Shown: in pieces, positions 25,516-35,008 of the stretch
Position numbering within the stretch: the first letter of the stretch is position 1
Layout of the letters: the number at the start of each line of letters is the position of its first letter
NCBI GenBank assembly: GCA_016191345.1
Contig: JACPOU010000001.1
Location: 339-64,338 of the forward strand
DNA from: Chloroflexota bacterium
GTDB taxonomy: Bacteria; Chloroflexota; Limnocylindria; Limnocylindrales; CSP1-4
DNA: 64,000 nucleotides
Reading direction: 5' to 3'
Translations under genes and position numbers: made by a program
Notes under the pieces: generated by a model
The model's input: only the letters and a program-made list of their open reading frames with translations
Databases searched by the model: none
What the model was told of the DNA's origin: nothing

Positions 25516-27858
25516 GTGGTCGAGCCGGGGGGCTCGAGCGGCGCGGCCGCTGAACCGGGGGACCGCCTCGACTTCCTGATGGGCGCCGTCCTCGTCATCG
25601 CCTGCGTCCTCGTCATCCAGGCGCTCGGCACCTACGCGTTCTCGGTGAGCGCGCGCGTCCGGATCGCGGGCACTGTCGTGACCCTCGGCATGCTGCTCCT
25701 CTGGGGAGCGGTCATGATCCTGCGGCCAACCTATCGGCCCCGAACGGTGCTGGCGGGCCCGATCGTCGCCGCGACGCTGGCCTTCGGAGCCGCGGTGCTC
25801 GCGTCGCAGCGGCCCCGGTTGAGTCTCGAACCCGCGCTCATCGGTGTCGCCGCCGCCCTCACGCTCCTGATGCTGACCGCCCTGCTCAGGATCACGACGA
25901 TCCGGCGCCTGGTCGGCAGCATGGTGATGCTGATCCCGGTGGTGATCTCGGTCGTGTACGTCGCGGCGGTCTTCGCGGAGTGGGTCCGGTGGTGGACCCT
26001 GGTCGGCCGGCTCACGGCCCCGCCCCTGCGCCCGTCGTTCGTGGACCTGAGCCTTGGCTCCCCGAACCTCGTCGCGACGTACCTGATCCTCTTCGCCCCG
26101 CTGGGCGCGGCCAGCGCGGCCCGTCGATTCGGGACGCGCGCGGCGGTCGCCTCCCTGCTGCTGGCCGGCCTCGCTCTGTTCCTGACCGGGAGTCGCAGCG
26201 GCTACCTGGCCGCAGCGGTCGTCGCGCTGCTCGCCGTCATCGTCACCTTCGCGAGCCTGGGGCCTGCCACCCGGGAGTACATGTCACGAACCGGCCGGCG
26301 CGGCATCGGCCTCGCCGCGGCCGCCGGCCTCGTCGTCGCCGTCCTGGGCTTCGTCGCGGCACCGGGCCTGCTGGCGCGGCTGTCGTTTGCCGGGGCCGAC
26401 TACCGGTCGTGGTTCTGGCGGAGCGCGTTCGAGCTGTTCCAGGGGTCCCCGCTCGTGGGCACCGGGCCCGGGACGTGGGCGCAGCTCAAGCTGGCAACCG
26501 TCCTGCCCACCGAAATCAACGCCGTCGTTCCACATGCCCACAGCCTGGTCTTCCAGACCCTTGCGGAGGTCGGCCTCCTGGGCGCTGCCGGGTTGGTCGT
26601 GCTCGCCGCGGCGGTCGCATTGAGGGCCCGCGCGGTCCATCGGGCCGGTGATCAGTGGGTCCGGCTGGAGGTCGTCGCGGCGTCCTCCGGCCTCGTCGGG
26701 CTGCTTGTACAGCAGGGGACGGACTACCTCATGAACCTGCCAGCCGTCACCCTCTCGGCCGCCCTCCTGATCGCCTGGATCGACGGCTCCGTCGCGAGGC
26801 CCCCACGGCCGGAGGGCCGGATCGCGAGGAGGAGTGCCTGGCTGGCCGTTCCGGCCACGCTCGTGCTCGGCGCCGTCATGGCGGCGGCCGCTCCCACCAT
26901 GCTCCGGATCGGCGATGCGATGCTCCAGGCCAATGGCGCGAGCGAAGCCGCGGCCTCGGGGAACTGGAGCGCGGCCCTCGACGGCTACGACCGGGCCGTC
27001 GCCGGTGATCCCGACTTCACGCTGTATCAGATCCAGCGGGGCAACGCGCTCGCGCACCTGGGCCGGGTCGAGGAGGCGCGCGCGGCCTACGCGAGCGTCA
27101 TCGATACCGACCTGCTCCCGGGCAACGTCATCGCCCTCGCGACGCTCGAGATGGAGACCGGGAACTTCTCGCGCTCGGCGGACCTCGCCCGGCTTGCCCT
27201 TCGTCGTGGTCAGCGCGACCCGCTGATCACGTTGAATGCCGGCAGGATCCTTGAAGCGGCGGGCGACATCCAAGCGGCGACGACCGCCTATGCCGCCGCG
27301 ATCCGCGGCGACTTCGCCCTGGCGGCCTCCGCGTACTGGCGCGCACCCGAGCGCGTCGTGCCCCTGAATCGGGTGGTTGCCGAGGCGAGGGCGGAGAGGC
27401 TGGCCGCCGGCGACCTGGCGAGCGCCGCGATCATCTCCGCGTTCGCCGGCCGGATCGAGGAGGCACGCGCGGACGTTGCCACGCTTGTCGATCCGGACAG
27501 CCGGCGGTTCATCGGAGCGCTGATCGAAGGTCTGGCCGGGGACCGCGCCGCGGCCATCGCCGAGCTCACCCGCCGTGTCAAGGCGGATCCGAGCGACTTC
27601 CAGGCGCTCGTCTGGCTCGTGCAGGTGCTCGTCGTCAATGGCGACCCGGACGCGGGTCGCTACGCGGATCAGGCAAGGATCCTGCGCCGCGATGAGGCGA
27701 ACGGCGCGATGCGCGTCATGTCCGTCGTCCCTGCGACGGACGCGGAGCGCAGCCAGGAACCCGGCAGCGGCTATCCCTTCGCCGTGTACGCACGCCTTGG
27801 TCCGCCGGACCCCTGGCCGCCCCAGGTTCTCGTCATCGGCTCCGCCGGACCGTCGTAG
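25516..27858 (+). CDS. Polytopic membrane protein with an O-antigen-ligase/Wzy_C-like core and a C-terminal TPR-like repeat region
   Basis: About 10-12 predicted TM helices are followed by helical Ala-rich repeats of TPR type (AALDGYDRAVAGDPDF..., RAAYASVIDTD...). The start is uncertain: GTG 25516, or the ATG near 25579. Confidence 0.7.
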   Translation: MVEPGGSSGAAAEPGDRLDFLMGAVLVIACVLVIQALGTYAFSVSARVRIAGTVVTLGMLLLWGAVMILRPTYRPRTVLAGPIVAATLAFGAAVLASQRPRLSLEPALIGVAAALTLLMLTALLRITTIRRLVGSMVMLIPVVISVVYVAAVFAEWVRWWTLVGRLTAPPLRPSFVDLSLGSPNLVATYLILFAPLGAASAARRFGTRAAVASLLLAGLALFLTGSRSGYLAAAVVALLAVIVTFASLGPATREYMSRTGRRGIGLAAAAGLVVAVLGFVAAPGLLARLSFAGADYRSWFWRSAFELFQGSPLVGTGPGTWAQLKLATVLPTEINAVVPHAHSLVFQTLAEVGLLGAAGLVVLAAAVALRARAVHRAGDQWVRLEVVAASSGLVGLLVQQGTDYLMNLPAVTLSAALLIAWIDGSVARPPRPEGRIARRSAWLAVPATLVLGAVMAAAAPTMLRIGDAMLQANGASEAAASGNWSAALDGYDRAVAGDPDFTLYQIQRGNALAHLGRVEEARAAYASVIDTDLLPGNVIALATLEMETGNFSRSADLARLALRRGQRDPLITLNAGRILEAAGDIQAATTAYAAAIRGDFALAASAYWRAPERVVPLNRVVAEARAERLAAGDLASAAIISAFAGRIEEARADVATLVDPDSRRFIGALIEGLAGDRAAAIAELTRRVKADPSDFQALVWLVQVLVVNGDPDAGRYADQARILRRDEANGAMRVMSVVPATDAERSQEPGSGYPFAVYARLGPPDPWPPQVLVIGSAGPS

Positions 27859-27890
27859 CATTCGGCCGGGATCGTCACCGTAGGAGAGAC

Positions 27891-28640
27891 ATGATCGACC
27901 TCACGGGCAGGAGCGCCGTCGTCACGGGCGGTTCACGGGGCATCGGGCGCGCGATCGCCCTGCGGCTCGCGGGCCAGGGCGCCGACGTCACCTTCAGCTA
28001 CCGCGGCAACGCCGCCGCCGCCGAGGAGACCGCCGGCGCGATCCGGGCGCTCGGTCGCCAGGCGCTCGCCGTGCAGGCGGACCACAGCCAGCCGGAGGCG
28101 GGCGACATCGTCGTCAAGGCCGCGCTCGAGGCCTTCGGCAAGGTGGACATCCTCGTCAACAACGCCGGCATCACCCGCGACGACCTCATCATGCGGATGA
28201 GCCTCGAGGCCTGGCAGTCGGTGATCGACACGAACCTGTCCGGCGCCTTCCACGCGATCAAGGCCGTCACCCGGCCAATGCTCAAGGCCAAGGGCGGCCG
28301 GATCATCAACATCACCTCGGTCTCCGGCCAGGCCGGCCAGACGGGCCAGGCGAACTACTCGGCCGCGAAGGCCGGCCTGATCGGCCTGACGAAGGCCACC
28401 GCCCGCGAGCTCGCGTCGCGCGGGATCACCTGCAACGCGGTCGCGCCCGGGTTCGTGCTCACGGAGCTGACCCAGGACCTGGCCCAGAACCTCCAGGACG
28501 AGATCACGGCCCGGACTCCGCTCGGGCGGTTCGGCACGGCGGAAGAGATCGCCAGCGCGGTGGCCTTCCTGGCCAGCGACGAGGCGGGGTACATCACCGG
28601 CCAGGTGCTCGCCGTGGACGGTGGGCTCGTGATGATGTGA
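27891..28640 (+). CDS. fabG: 3-oxoacyl-[ACP] reductase
   Basis: Classical SDR motifs are present: TGGSRGIG, NNAG, and YSAAK with the upstream Ser. Resembles FabG over its full length. Confidence 0.9.
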   Translation: MIDLTGRSAVVTGGSRGIGRAIALRLAGQGADVTFSYRGNAAAAEETAGAIRALGRQALAVQADHSQPEAGDIVVKAALEAFGKVDILVNNAGITRDDLIMRMSLEAWQSVIDTNLSGAFHAIKAVTRPMLKAKGGRIINITSVSGQAGQTGQANYSAAKAGLIGLTKATARELASRGITCNAVAPGFVLTELTQDLAQNLQDEITARTPLGRFGTAEEIASAVAFLASDEAGYITGQVLAVDGGLVMM

Positions 28641-28692
28641 TGGTCCCGGGCGACCACGGTTCGAACGCGTACTCGCGGGGGACTGTTGCCTG

Positions 28693-29829
28693 ATGCGTAT
28701 TGCCCTGATGGGGACGCGCGGCATTCCCGCCAACTACGGTGGCTTCGAAACGTTCTACGAGAACCTCGGGCCGGGGCTCGCTGATCGCGGCCACAGCGTC
28801 TCGGTTTACATCCGCGGGCACGCCGTCGGGGAATTCGTCGGCAGCACCTATCGAGGCGTTCGGCTTGTCAGCCTGCCGGCTATCAGGACCAAGCACCTGG
28901 AGACGATTTCGCACACGCTCCTGAGCGTGCTCCATGGGCTCACTCGTCGTTATGACGTCGTGTACATCTGCGGGGTCGGCAACACACCCCTCGCGCCCAT
29001 CCCGCGCCTCGGTCGCGCTCGGGTCGTGCTGAACGTCGACAGTTCGGATTGGAAGCGGAAGAAATGGGGCCGGTGGGCCGCGGCCTACCTCCGAGGTGCG
29101 GAGAGGTTCGCCGCGCGGGCTGCCGACGTGATCGTCGCGGACAGCGAAGTCATCAGGGATCGCTACGCCCATGAGTACGGGGCGGTGGCCCGGTACTTCC
29201 CCTACGGCGCGAACATCATTCAGTCGGCGGGTACGGATGTCCTGGAGCAGTTTGGCCTCCGGCCCAGGAAGTACGTCCTGTGGGTGGGTCGGCTTGAGCC
29301 CGAGGCCCGCGTAGAGGAGTTGATCCAGTCATTCTCATCCCTCGGAGAGACGGGTCTCAAACTCGTCATCGTCGGAGACGCTCCATACAGCCAGGCCTAC
29401 CGCCGCTCGCTGATCGACCTTGGAGCGCCCGACGTCGTGTTCGCGGGCTACCAGTTCCGTGAGGCGTATCGGGAGCTCAGCTTCCACGCCTTCGCCTACG
29501 TGCAGACGTCCCCGACGTCGGGGACCAGTCCGGCGCTCCTGGACCAGATGGCCGCCGCAGGCCTCGCGATCGTGCGCGGCACTGCGACCAACCTCGAGGT
29601 GATCGGAGAAGCCGGCCTGGCGTACGATCCCGACGACGGCGTCAGCGGGCTGGCGGCGGTTCTGCGCATGGTCATCGAGGATGAGGCTCTCGTCGCCCGT
29701 CTTCGAGCAGCAGCCCGCGAGCGAATCGCGAGCCGCTACTCTTGGCAGAAGATCATCATTGACTACGAGAAGTTGTTCCTGAACCTCATCGAGGAGCATG
29801 GAGCCAGCCGGCGGCCTTCGGTCGAATAG
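28693..29829 (+). CDS. Glycosyltransferase (GT4-type with a DUF1972-like N-terminus, rhamnosyltransferase-like)
   Basis: The N-terminal MGTRGIPANYGGFETF is characteristic of DUF1972. The C-terminus is a GT1/GT4 domain. Confidence 0.8.
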   Translation: MRIALMGTRGIPANYGGFETFYENLGPGLADRGHSVSVYIRGHAVGEFVGSTYRGVRLVSLPAIRTKHLETISHTLLSVLHGLTRRYDVVYICGVGNTPLAPIPRLGRARVVLNVDSSDWKRKKWGRWAAAYLRGAERFAARAADVIVADSEVIRDRYAHEYGAVARYFPYGANIIQSAGTDVLEQFGLRPRKYVLWVGRLEPEARVEELIQSFSSLGETGLKLVIVGDAPYSQAYRRSLIDLGAPDVVFAGYQFREAYRELSFHAFAYVQTSPTSGTSPALLDQMAAAGLAIVRGTATNLEVIGEAGLAYDPDDGVSGLAAVLRMVIEDEALVARLRAAARERIASRYSWQKIIIDYEKLFLNLIEEHGASRRPSVE

Positions 29830-29835
29830 GGGAAA

Positions 29836-30741
29836 GTGATGCGAGTCTTGATCACGGGCGCTGCCGGCATGCTCGGGAGTTCGGTCTACCCGGCGTTTGT
29901 CGCGGCGGGGCACGAGGTCATCGCGTCGGACCTGGAACCGCGAACGGTCAACGGGATGCCAATGGAGCGTCTCGATGTGAGGCGCTTTGCGGACGTCAAT
30001 GCCGCGGTCAATGGGTCGAGGCCAGACTTGATCCTGCACCTAGCCGCCGAGACCGACCTGGAGGTCTGCGAGGCCGATCCGGACCACGCATTCTTGACAA
30101 ACACCATTGGTACCCAGAACGTCGCGCTTGCCGCTCAGGCCCTTGGCCTCCCCATGGTCTACATCAGCACGGCCGGCGTGTTCGATGGCGAGAAGGAGTC
30201 AGGGCCATACACGGAATTCGATGAGGCCCGCCCAATCAACTTCTACGGGAAGTCCAAGTTCGAGGGCGAGCTGATTGCCCTTCAGCTCGTCGAGAAGCAC
30301 TATGTGATCAGGGCAGGGTGGATGGTCGGTGGAATCGAGCGCGACCACAAGTTCGTGGCCAAGGTGATCGCCCAGCTTCAGGCGGGCGCCACCACGATCC
30401 GCGCGGTGACGGACAAGTGGGGTACGCCAACGTACACGGAGGACTTCGCCAGCAACCTGCTTGCATTGGTGGAAACGCCCTTCTACGGTCGGTATCACAT
30501 GGCGTGTCTCGGTGAAGGGACCAGGTACGACGTTGCGGTGGCGATCGTCGAGTTCTTCGGGGCCGATGGAGTGGCCGTCCTGCCGGTGACGTCGGAGGCG
30601 TTCGCAGACGACTACCCCGCGCCTCGACCCCGATCGGAGATGATGCGCAACTACATGCTCGATCTGCGGGGCATGAATCGAATGCGACCCTGGCGGGACG
30701 CACTCGGCGAGTACTTGGCGGTCGCCGGGTTTCGTGTCTAG
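29836..30741 (+). CDS. RmlD-like SDR (dTDP-4-dehydrorhamnose-reductase family) sugar-nucleotide reductase
   Basis: Contains VLITGAAGMLGS and a YGKSK catalytic pair, and its ~300-aa length is typical for RmlD-fold reductases. Start is GTG 29836 or ATG 29839. Confidence 0.7.
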   Translation: MMRVLITGAAGMLGSSVYPAFVAAGHEVIASDLEPRTVNGMPMERLDVRRFADVNAAVNGSRPDLILHLAAETDLEVCEADPDHAFLTNTIGTQNVALAAQALGLPMVYISTAGVFDGEKESGPYTEFDEARPINFYGKSKFEGELIALQLVEKHYVIRAGWMVGGIERDHKFVAKVIAQLQAGATTIRAVTDKWGTPTYTEDFASNLLALVETPFYGRYHMACLGEGTRYDVAVAIVEFFGADGVAVLPVTSEAFADDYPAPRPRSEMMRNYMLDLRGMNRMRPWRDALGEYLAVAGFRV

Positions 30742-32137
30742 TCCGAGCGTCGGCCTCGCCAACCAGGCCGAAGGGCCAAGCGCACGGCCCAGTCAGGTCA
30801 CGTTGACCTCCAATTGGTTGGCGACCGTCACCGGGTTCCTGGCGATTGGGCTGATCCTCTATCTGCCTATCGAACCCAGCATTCTCGCCATCCTTCCACC
30901 GAGCTGGTACTGGGGTTTCCGGCTCGCCCCGGATGCATTGATCGCCACCGTGGCGGCCACCGTCATCCTCACGGAGCTTCGCTCGCTGTCGCTCCAGGGA
31001 CGGTTCCTTCTCTTGATCGCCGCGGTCAGCGGGATCGTGGTCGCGATGGATGCCAGCAGGGGATTTGCCCCCGCCGACACGGTCAATGCACTTCGTGTCG
31101 TGCTTCGCTACCCGATCCTGGGCCTCGCAATATGGCGCTACGCCGACCGCTTGCCGTGGCTCCGAAGCCGCTTGCTGCTTGCCCTGCTCGTCGCGGGCGC
31201 GGTGGAATTGGCGTCGGGGGTCGTCGAGGTGAGCGTTCGCCTCCTGACACCGTCCCTGCTCGGCTTTGATCGGCTGTGGCTCATTGACGGAACCACGGGA
31301 CGGTACGATCGATTCGGCTTCTCCATGGCGGCTCTCGTCGTTGTCGTGATTCTGCGATCACGAGATCGATTCGACCGGCGGCTCCTCCTCGTGATCGTCG
31401 GCGCCTTCGCGTTGCTCGCACTGACTACTTCACGCCAGGCCATGCTCGCCCTCGCCGTCGCGGCGTTGGCGTTGGCCGTCGGGAGGTTCTCGTGGCGCCG
31501 TCGCCTGTCCCTCGTGGCGATCAGCGCCACGTTGCTGCTCATGACGGTCCTTGTGCCGTCTGCCATCCCCACTGCGCAGACGCCCTCAACCCCTCCGTCG
31601 GACTCGGGGTTGCCCCGTAAGTACGGAGAGGACGGGGTTCCGCCTGGCACGGTGATCATCACGACATACAAAGGCGCCACTGAATTCTCGATTGACCCGA
31701 ATCGAAACTTCCGTCTCTTCCTCAACGCTGTCCTGATGCCTTGGGCGGCGTACAAGGAGCCCGTTCTCGGGTTCGGCCCGCAACAGCACGTCAATCCACT
31801 TGCGGATTCACGCCTCAGGACGTTCGTGACCTCAGCTGGAATGGATTGGAAGTACGCCACGAACTTCATCGGCGACTCCAACTATGCGAGCCTGGTGATC
31901 CAGTTCGGCCTCCTCATTCCCGCGGCGCTGGTGCTCGGTCTCCTCTACCTGATCTGGAGTGCGTTTCGGACGGCCCGGCGACCGGGCTGGCGACCTCTAC
32001 AACTCCTGGGGTTCTCACTCGGGGTCGCCTTCATGGTCGCGGCGGTCTTCGGGCCCATCTTCGAGCAGCGGCTGTCATCGAGTGTCCTGTGGATCTCGCT
32101 GTTTGGCGCCTTCGCAGACCGCAATTCGGATCCGTGA
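30734..32137 (+). CDS. Polytopic membrane protein, O-antigen polymerase/ligase (Wzy)-like
   Basis: 467 aa with more than 10 hydrophobic helices and one large extracytoplasmic loop, located among glycosyltransferases. No stronger motif was recognised. Confidence 0.55.
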   Translation: MSSPSVGLANQAEGPSARPSQVTLTSNWLATVTGFLAIGLILYLPIEPSILAILPPSWYWGFRLAPDALIATVAATVILTELRSLSLQGRFLLLIAAVSGIVVAMDASRGFAPADTVNALRVVLRYPILGLAIWRYADRLPWLRSRLLLALLVAGAVELASGVVEVSVRLLTPSLLGFDRLWLIDGTTGRYDRFGFSMAALVVVVILRSRDRFDRRLLLVIVGAFALLALTTSRQAMLALAVAALALAVGRFSWRRRLSLVAISATLLLMTVLVPSAIPTAQTPSTPPSDSGLPRKYGEDGVPPGTVIITTYKGATEFSIDPNRNFRLFLNAVLMPWAAYKEPVLGFGPQQHVNPLADSRLRTFVTSAGMDWKYATNFIGDSNYASLVIQFGLLIPAALVLGLLYLIWSAFRTARRPGWRPLQLLGFSLGVAFMVAAVFGPIFEQRLSSSVLWISLFGAFADRNSDP

Positions 32138-33429
32138 TGCGAATCGCCATGGTCGCCAACTGGTGGTACCGGCGTGGCGGACTGGGCGGAGTAATGCTCG
32201 ATGAGGCGGCCTGGCTGACGAGGCGCGGCCACGAGATCCTCCCGTTCGCCGCGGCCCACGAGGCGAATCTCGAAACGGGGACCGCGCACCTGTTTCCTCG
32301 CTTCGTGGAGACGTCGGATCTCGGCCAGGATCTCATGCCGATCGATCGTCTCCGGGCGGCAAGAGCGATCATCCACAATCCCGAAGCGGCCAAGCGCTTC
32401 GGCGAGTTCGTTCGGCAAGCCAGACCGGATCTCGTGCACGTCCATGGCACGCTCCGCCAGCTCTCTCCGTCGATACTCGGCGTCGCACGCGCCGCCGGCC
32501 TGCCGATCGTGATGACGATTCATGACTATGGCCTCGTCTGCCCTCAGGGGCTGCTGCTCAAAGGCGGGCGAGCGGCTTGCATCAGCCCCAATTGCGTCCG
32601 GGGGAATCCCGTCTTTGCGATCCGATATCGATGCATCAAGGGATCAGTGGCAGCTTCCGCCCTTGGCGCAGTCGAGCAGCTCGTGCATCGGTCGCTGGGC
32701 TGGTATCGGGATCGGGTGGACCTCTTCATCGCGCCGAGTCGGTTCTTGCTCAATGTCGTCGGAGGCTCAGGCGCCATCCGGCGCGAACAGCTCAGGCACC
32801 TTCCGAATGGGCTGGCGATCGGTCCGACGCCAAGCCGGGTGCCCGATCGCGGGGGCCACGTGCTGTTCGTCGGCAGGCTCGTCGCAGAGAAGGGCGTCAA
32901 TGTCCTCCTCGAGGCCGCCCGTCGCCTGCCCGCTGTCCCGGTCGTCATCGCCGGCGATGGCCCGGTCCGTGAAGCGCTCACCCGGGCGGCTCCCAGCAAC
33001 GTTACGTTCACAGGACACCAGGACCAGATGGGGCTCGAGGATTTGCGCCGACGGGCGGTCGCCGTCGTATCCCCGTCCGTCTGGTACGAGAACGCCCCAC
33101 TCTCAGTCCTGGAGGCCATGCACGACGGTCGACCAGTCGTGGCGACGGACATCGGTGGCCAGCCGGAACTTCTCGAGCAGGGTGGTGGGACGCTCGTTCC
33201 CACGGGAGACGCCGAAGGTCTCGCCCAGGCGATCGCGGACCTGTGGTCAGACCGCACCCTCGCAGGGCGCCGGGGAACGGACGGTCACGAGGCCTTCATG
33301 CGGCGCTTCACCGCGGATCGGCACGTGGCGGGCCTCGAGGCGATCTATGGCGAGGCGCTGGCCGCCAGGGTTCTCGGAAGGCCCCCTGGCGGATCGCCTG
33401 GCCCGGGGGCTCCCAGGGCGACGGCCTGA
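32137..33429 (+). CDS. Glycosyltransferase family 4 (GT-B)
   Basis: The internal ATG at 32137 shares one base with the upstream TGA. The C-terminal GT1 motif reads FVGRLVAEKG...PSVWYENAPLSVLEAMHDGRPVVATDIGG. Confidence 0.8.
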   Translation: MRIAMVANWWYRRGGLGGVMLDEAAWLTRRGHEILPFAAAHEANLETGTAHLFPRFVETSDLGQDLMPIDRLRAARAIIHNPEAAKRFGEFVRQARPDLVHVHGTLRQLSPSILGVARAAGLPIVMTIHDYGLVCPQGLLLKGGRAACISPNCVRGNPVFAIRYRCIKGSVAASALGAVEQLVHRSLGWYRDRVDLFIAPSRFLLNVVGGSGAIRREQLRHLPNGLAIGPTPSRVPDRGGHVLFVGRLVAEKGVNVLLEAARRLPAVPVVIAGDGPVREALTRAAPSNVTFTGHQDQMGLEDLRRRAVAVVSPSVWYENAPLSVLEAMHDGRPVVATDIGGQPELLEQGGGTLVPTGDAEGLAQAIADLWSDRTLAGRRGTDGHEAFMRRFTADRHVAGLEAIYGEALAARVLGRPPGGSPGPGAPRATA

Positions 33430-33443
33430 CCCGCAGACGAGCC

Positions 33444-34586
33444 TCAGCTTCGGCCGCCTGCATCCCTGGATGCCCCAGCGGCTACCTGGAGGAGAAGTTC
33501 CGCATACCTGGGCGCCACCGCTGCGATGTCAAAATCTCGAGCGCGCTGCATTCCCGCCTCCACCAGGCCACTCCTGAGGGCCTGATCGTCGATCAGCCGG
33601 AACATCCCGGCAGCCAGATCCTCGATCGAACCCGGGCGCGCCAGCAGTCCGAAGACTCCATTGCGGAGGATCTCGGCAGGACCATGCGCGCAATCGGTCG
33701 ACAGGACCGCCGTACCCGATGCCATCGCCTCGACGATCGCCATCCCGAAGCCCTCCCACGTGGATGACAGGACGAAACAGGCTGATCGCGAAATGTAGGC
33801 GAAGGGATTCTCCCGGAAGCCCGGCAGCTCGATGGCCTCGCCAATCCCGAGGGCTTGAGCCAACGCGGCCAGTTCCTCGGCTTGCCCTCCCTCACCGAGG
33901 ATGAGCAGCCGGGCCATCGGCCGTTCCTTGACCACGAGCGAAAACGCGCGGATCAAGGATGCGAAGTCCTTCTCGGGGCTCAACCGCCCCATCGCCGAGA
34001 TCACCTGATGTTGTCCGTCAAACCAGGGATGGTCGATGCCCGCCTCTGCCAACCGCTCGACCTGATCGACGTCGATCGGGTTATGGATCGTCCGCATCTT
34101 CTCGCTGGGGTCAACGATGGGACGCAGCTCATCCGCGATCCCATCGCTGACGGCGACAATCGCGTCCGCCGAGCGGTAGACCCAGGGCATCACGGTCCGC
34201 ATGAGGCGCCCGTTTCGGACGCTGTCAAGCTCGCGATCCTGGTTGCTGTGCACCGAAACCACGATCGGGAGCCTGGGTGCCGCGACCTTCCGCGCCACGG
34301 TGGCGAGGATGTTGAGATGCGGCAGAGCGGAGTACAGGACGTCCGGTCGCTCGTGCCGGAGGAAGCGCACCAGCGGAACGAGCGTTTGGCGAGACCTCGT
34401 CAGCCCCAGGCTCACGACCCGAACTCCCGGGCCAGTCGGGTAGACTTTCGGGCCGCCTCGCTCCAGAAGCAGCACTGGATCGAAGACGGACTGGTCCAGG
34501 GCCGCAGCGATCGTGGCAGTGGCTCGCTCCGCACCGCCCCCGGAGAGGGTGGGTATGAAGAATGCGACCCTTAGCCTCTTCACCAT
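33444..34586 (-). CDS. Glycosyltransferase family 4 (GT-B)
   Basis: The internal ATG at 34586 gives MVKRLRVAFFIPTLSGGGAER. The C-terminal motif is GRLSPEKD...SSTWEGFGMAIVEAMASGTAVLSTD. Confidence 0.8.
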   Translation of the reverse strand: MVKRLRVAFFIPTLSGGGAERATATIAAALDQSVFDPVLLLERGGPKVYPTGPGVRVVSLGLTRSRQTLVPLVRFLRHERPDVLYSALPHLNILATVARKVAAPRLPIVVSVHSNQDRELDSVRNGRLMRTVMPWVYRSADAIVAVSDGIADELRPIVDPSEKMRTIHNPIDVDQVERLAEAGIDHPWFDGQHQVISAMGRLSPEKDFASLIRAFSLVVKERPMARLLILGEGGQAEELAALAQALGIGEAIELPGFRENPFAYISRSACFVLSSTWEGFGMAIVEAMASGTAVLSTDCAHGPAEILRNGVFGLLARPGSIEDLAAGMFRLIDDQALRSGLVEAGMQRARDFDIAAVAPRYAELLLQVAAGASRDAGGRS

Positions 34587-34753
34587 GTCGGGCTCCCCGA
34601 TGAGGGACCGCTGCGCATCGCCGACCTCCGCCCATGCTACGGATCCGGTCGGGAGTCCCCGGTCGCATAGGATAGGGGCCGTCGATCCGGGAGCGTCAAT
34701 CGGTGCGAATTTGGACGTCCCGCGGCATGGGCCTCCGCACCCCAGGTGATGAC

Positions 34754-35008
34754 ATGACGCCGAATGCGCTGACCGAGGCCTCGGATCCCGAATCCGAATT
34801 CGACTTCTCCACTCCGGAAGCCGAACGGGCCGTTCGGGAGGCGCTGGCGCTCGTTCTCGAGATCCGCGACCTCGAGACCAGCCCACTCGCTCGAAGGGTG
34901 CGGCTCTATGAGCGAACCCTCGGCCTTGCCGTGATCCCCTCGCTGCTCCGACGGGCCATCGTCGGGGCGAGAAGGAGAGGCATGTTCCGGCGCCCGGCGG
35001 CCCGATGA
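34754..35008 (+). CDS. Hypothetical small protein (84 aa), uncertain
   Basis: An ATG is preceded by AGGTGA, and third-position G/C is high across the ORF. Its stop overlaps the next gene's ATG (ATGA at 35005-35008). No family was recognised. Confidence 0.3.
   Translation: MTPNALTEASDPESEFDFSTPEAERAVREALALVLEIRDLETSPLARRVRLYERTLGLAVIPSLLRRAIVGARRRGMFRRPAAR

Noticed and set aside
16548-27861. Series of 500-670-aa minus-strand ORFs: 16548..18446, 19356..21089, 22388..24046, 23616..25631 and 26284..27861
   Set aside because: Each lies antisense to a confidently identified acc/fab or membrane-protein gene and lacks any recognisable domain. These are GC-driven open frames.
28641-28692. GGTTCGAAC, resembling a tRNA T-loop, between fabG and the first glycosyltransferase
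   Set aside because: The whole spacer is only 52 nt. I could not fold acceptor, D or anticodon arms around it, so this is a chance match.
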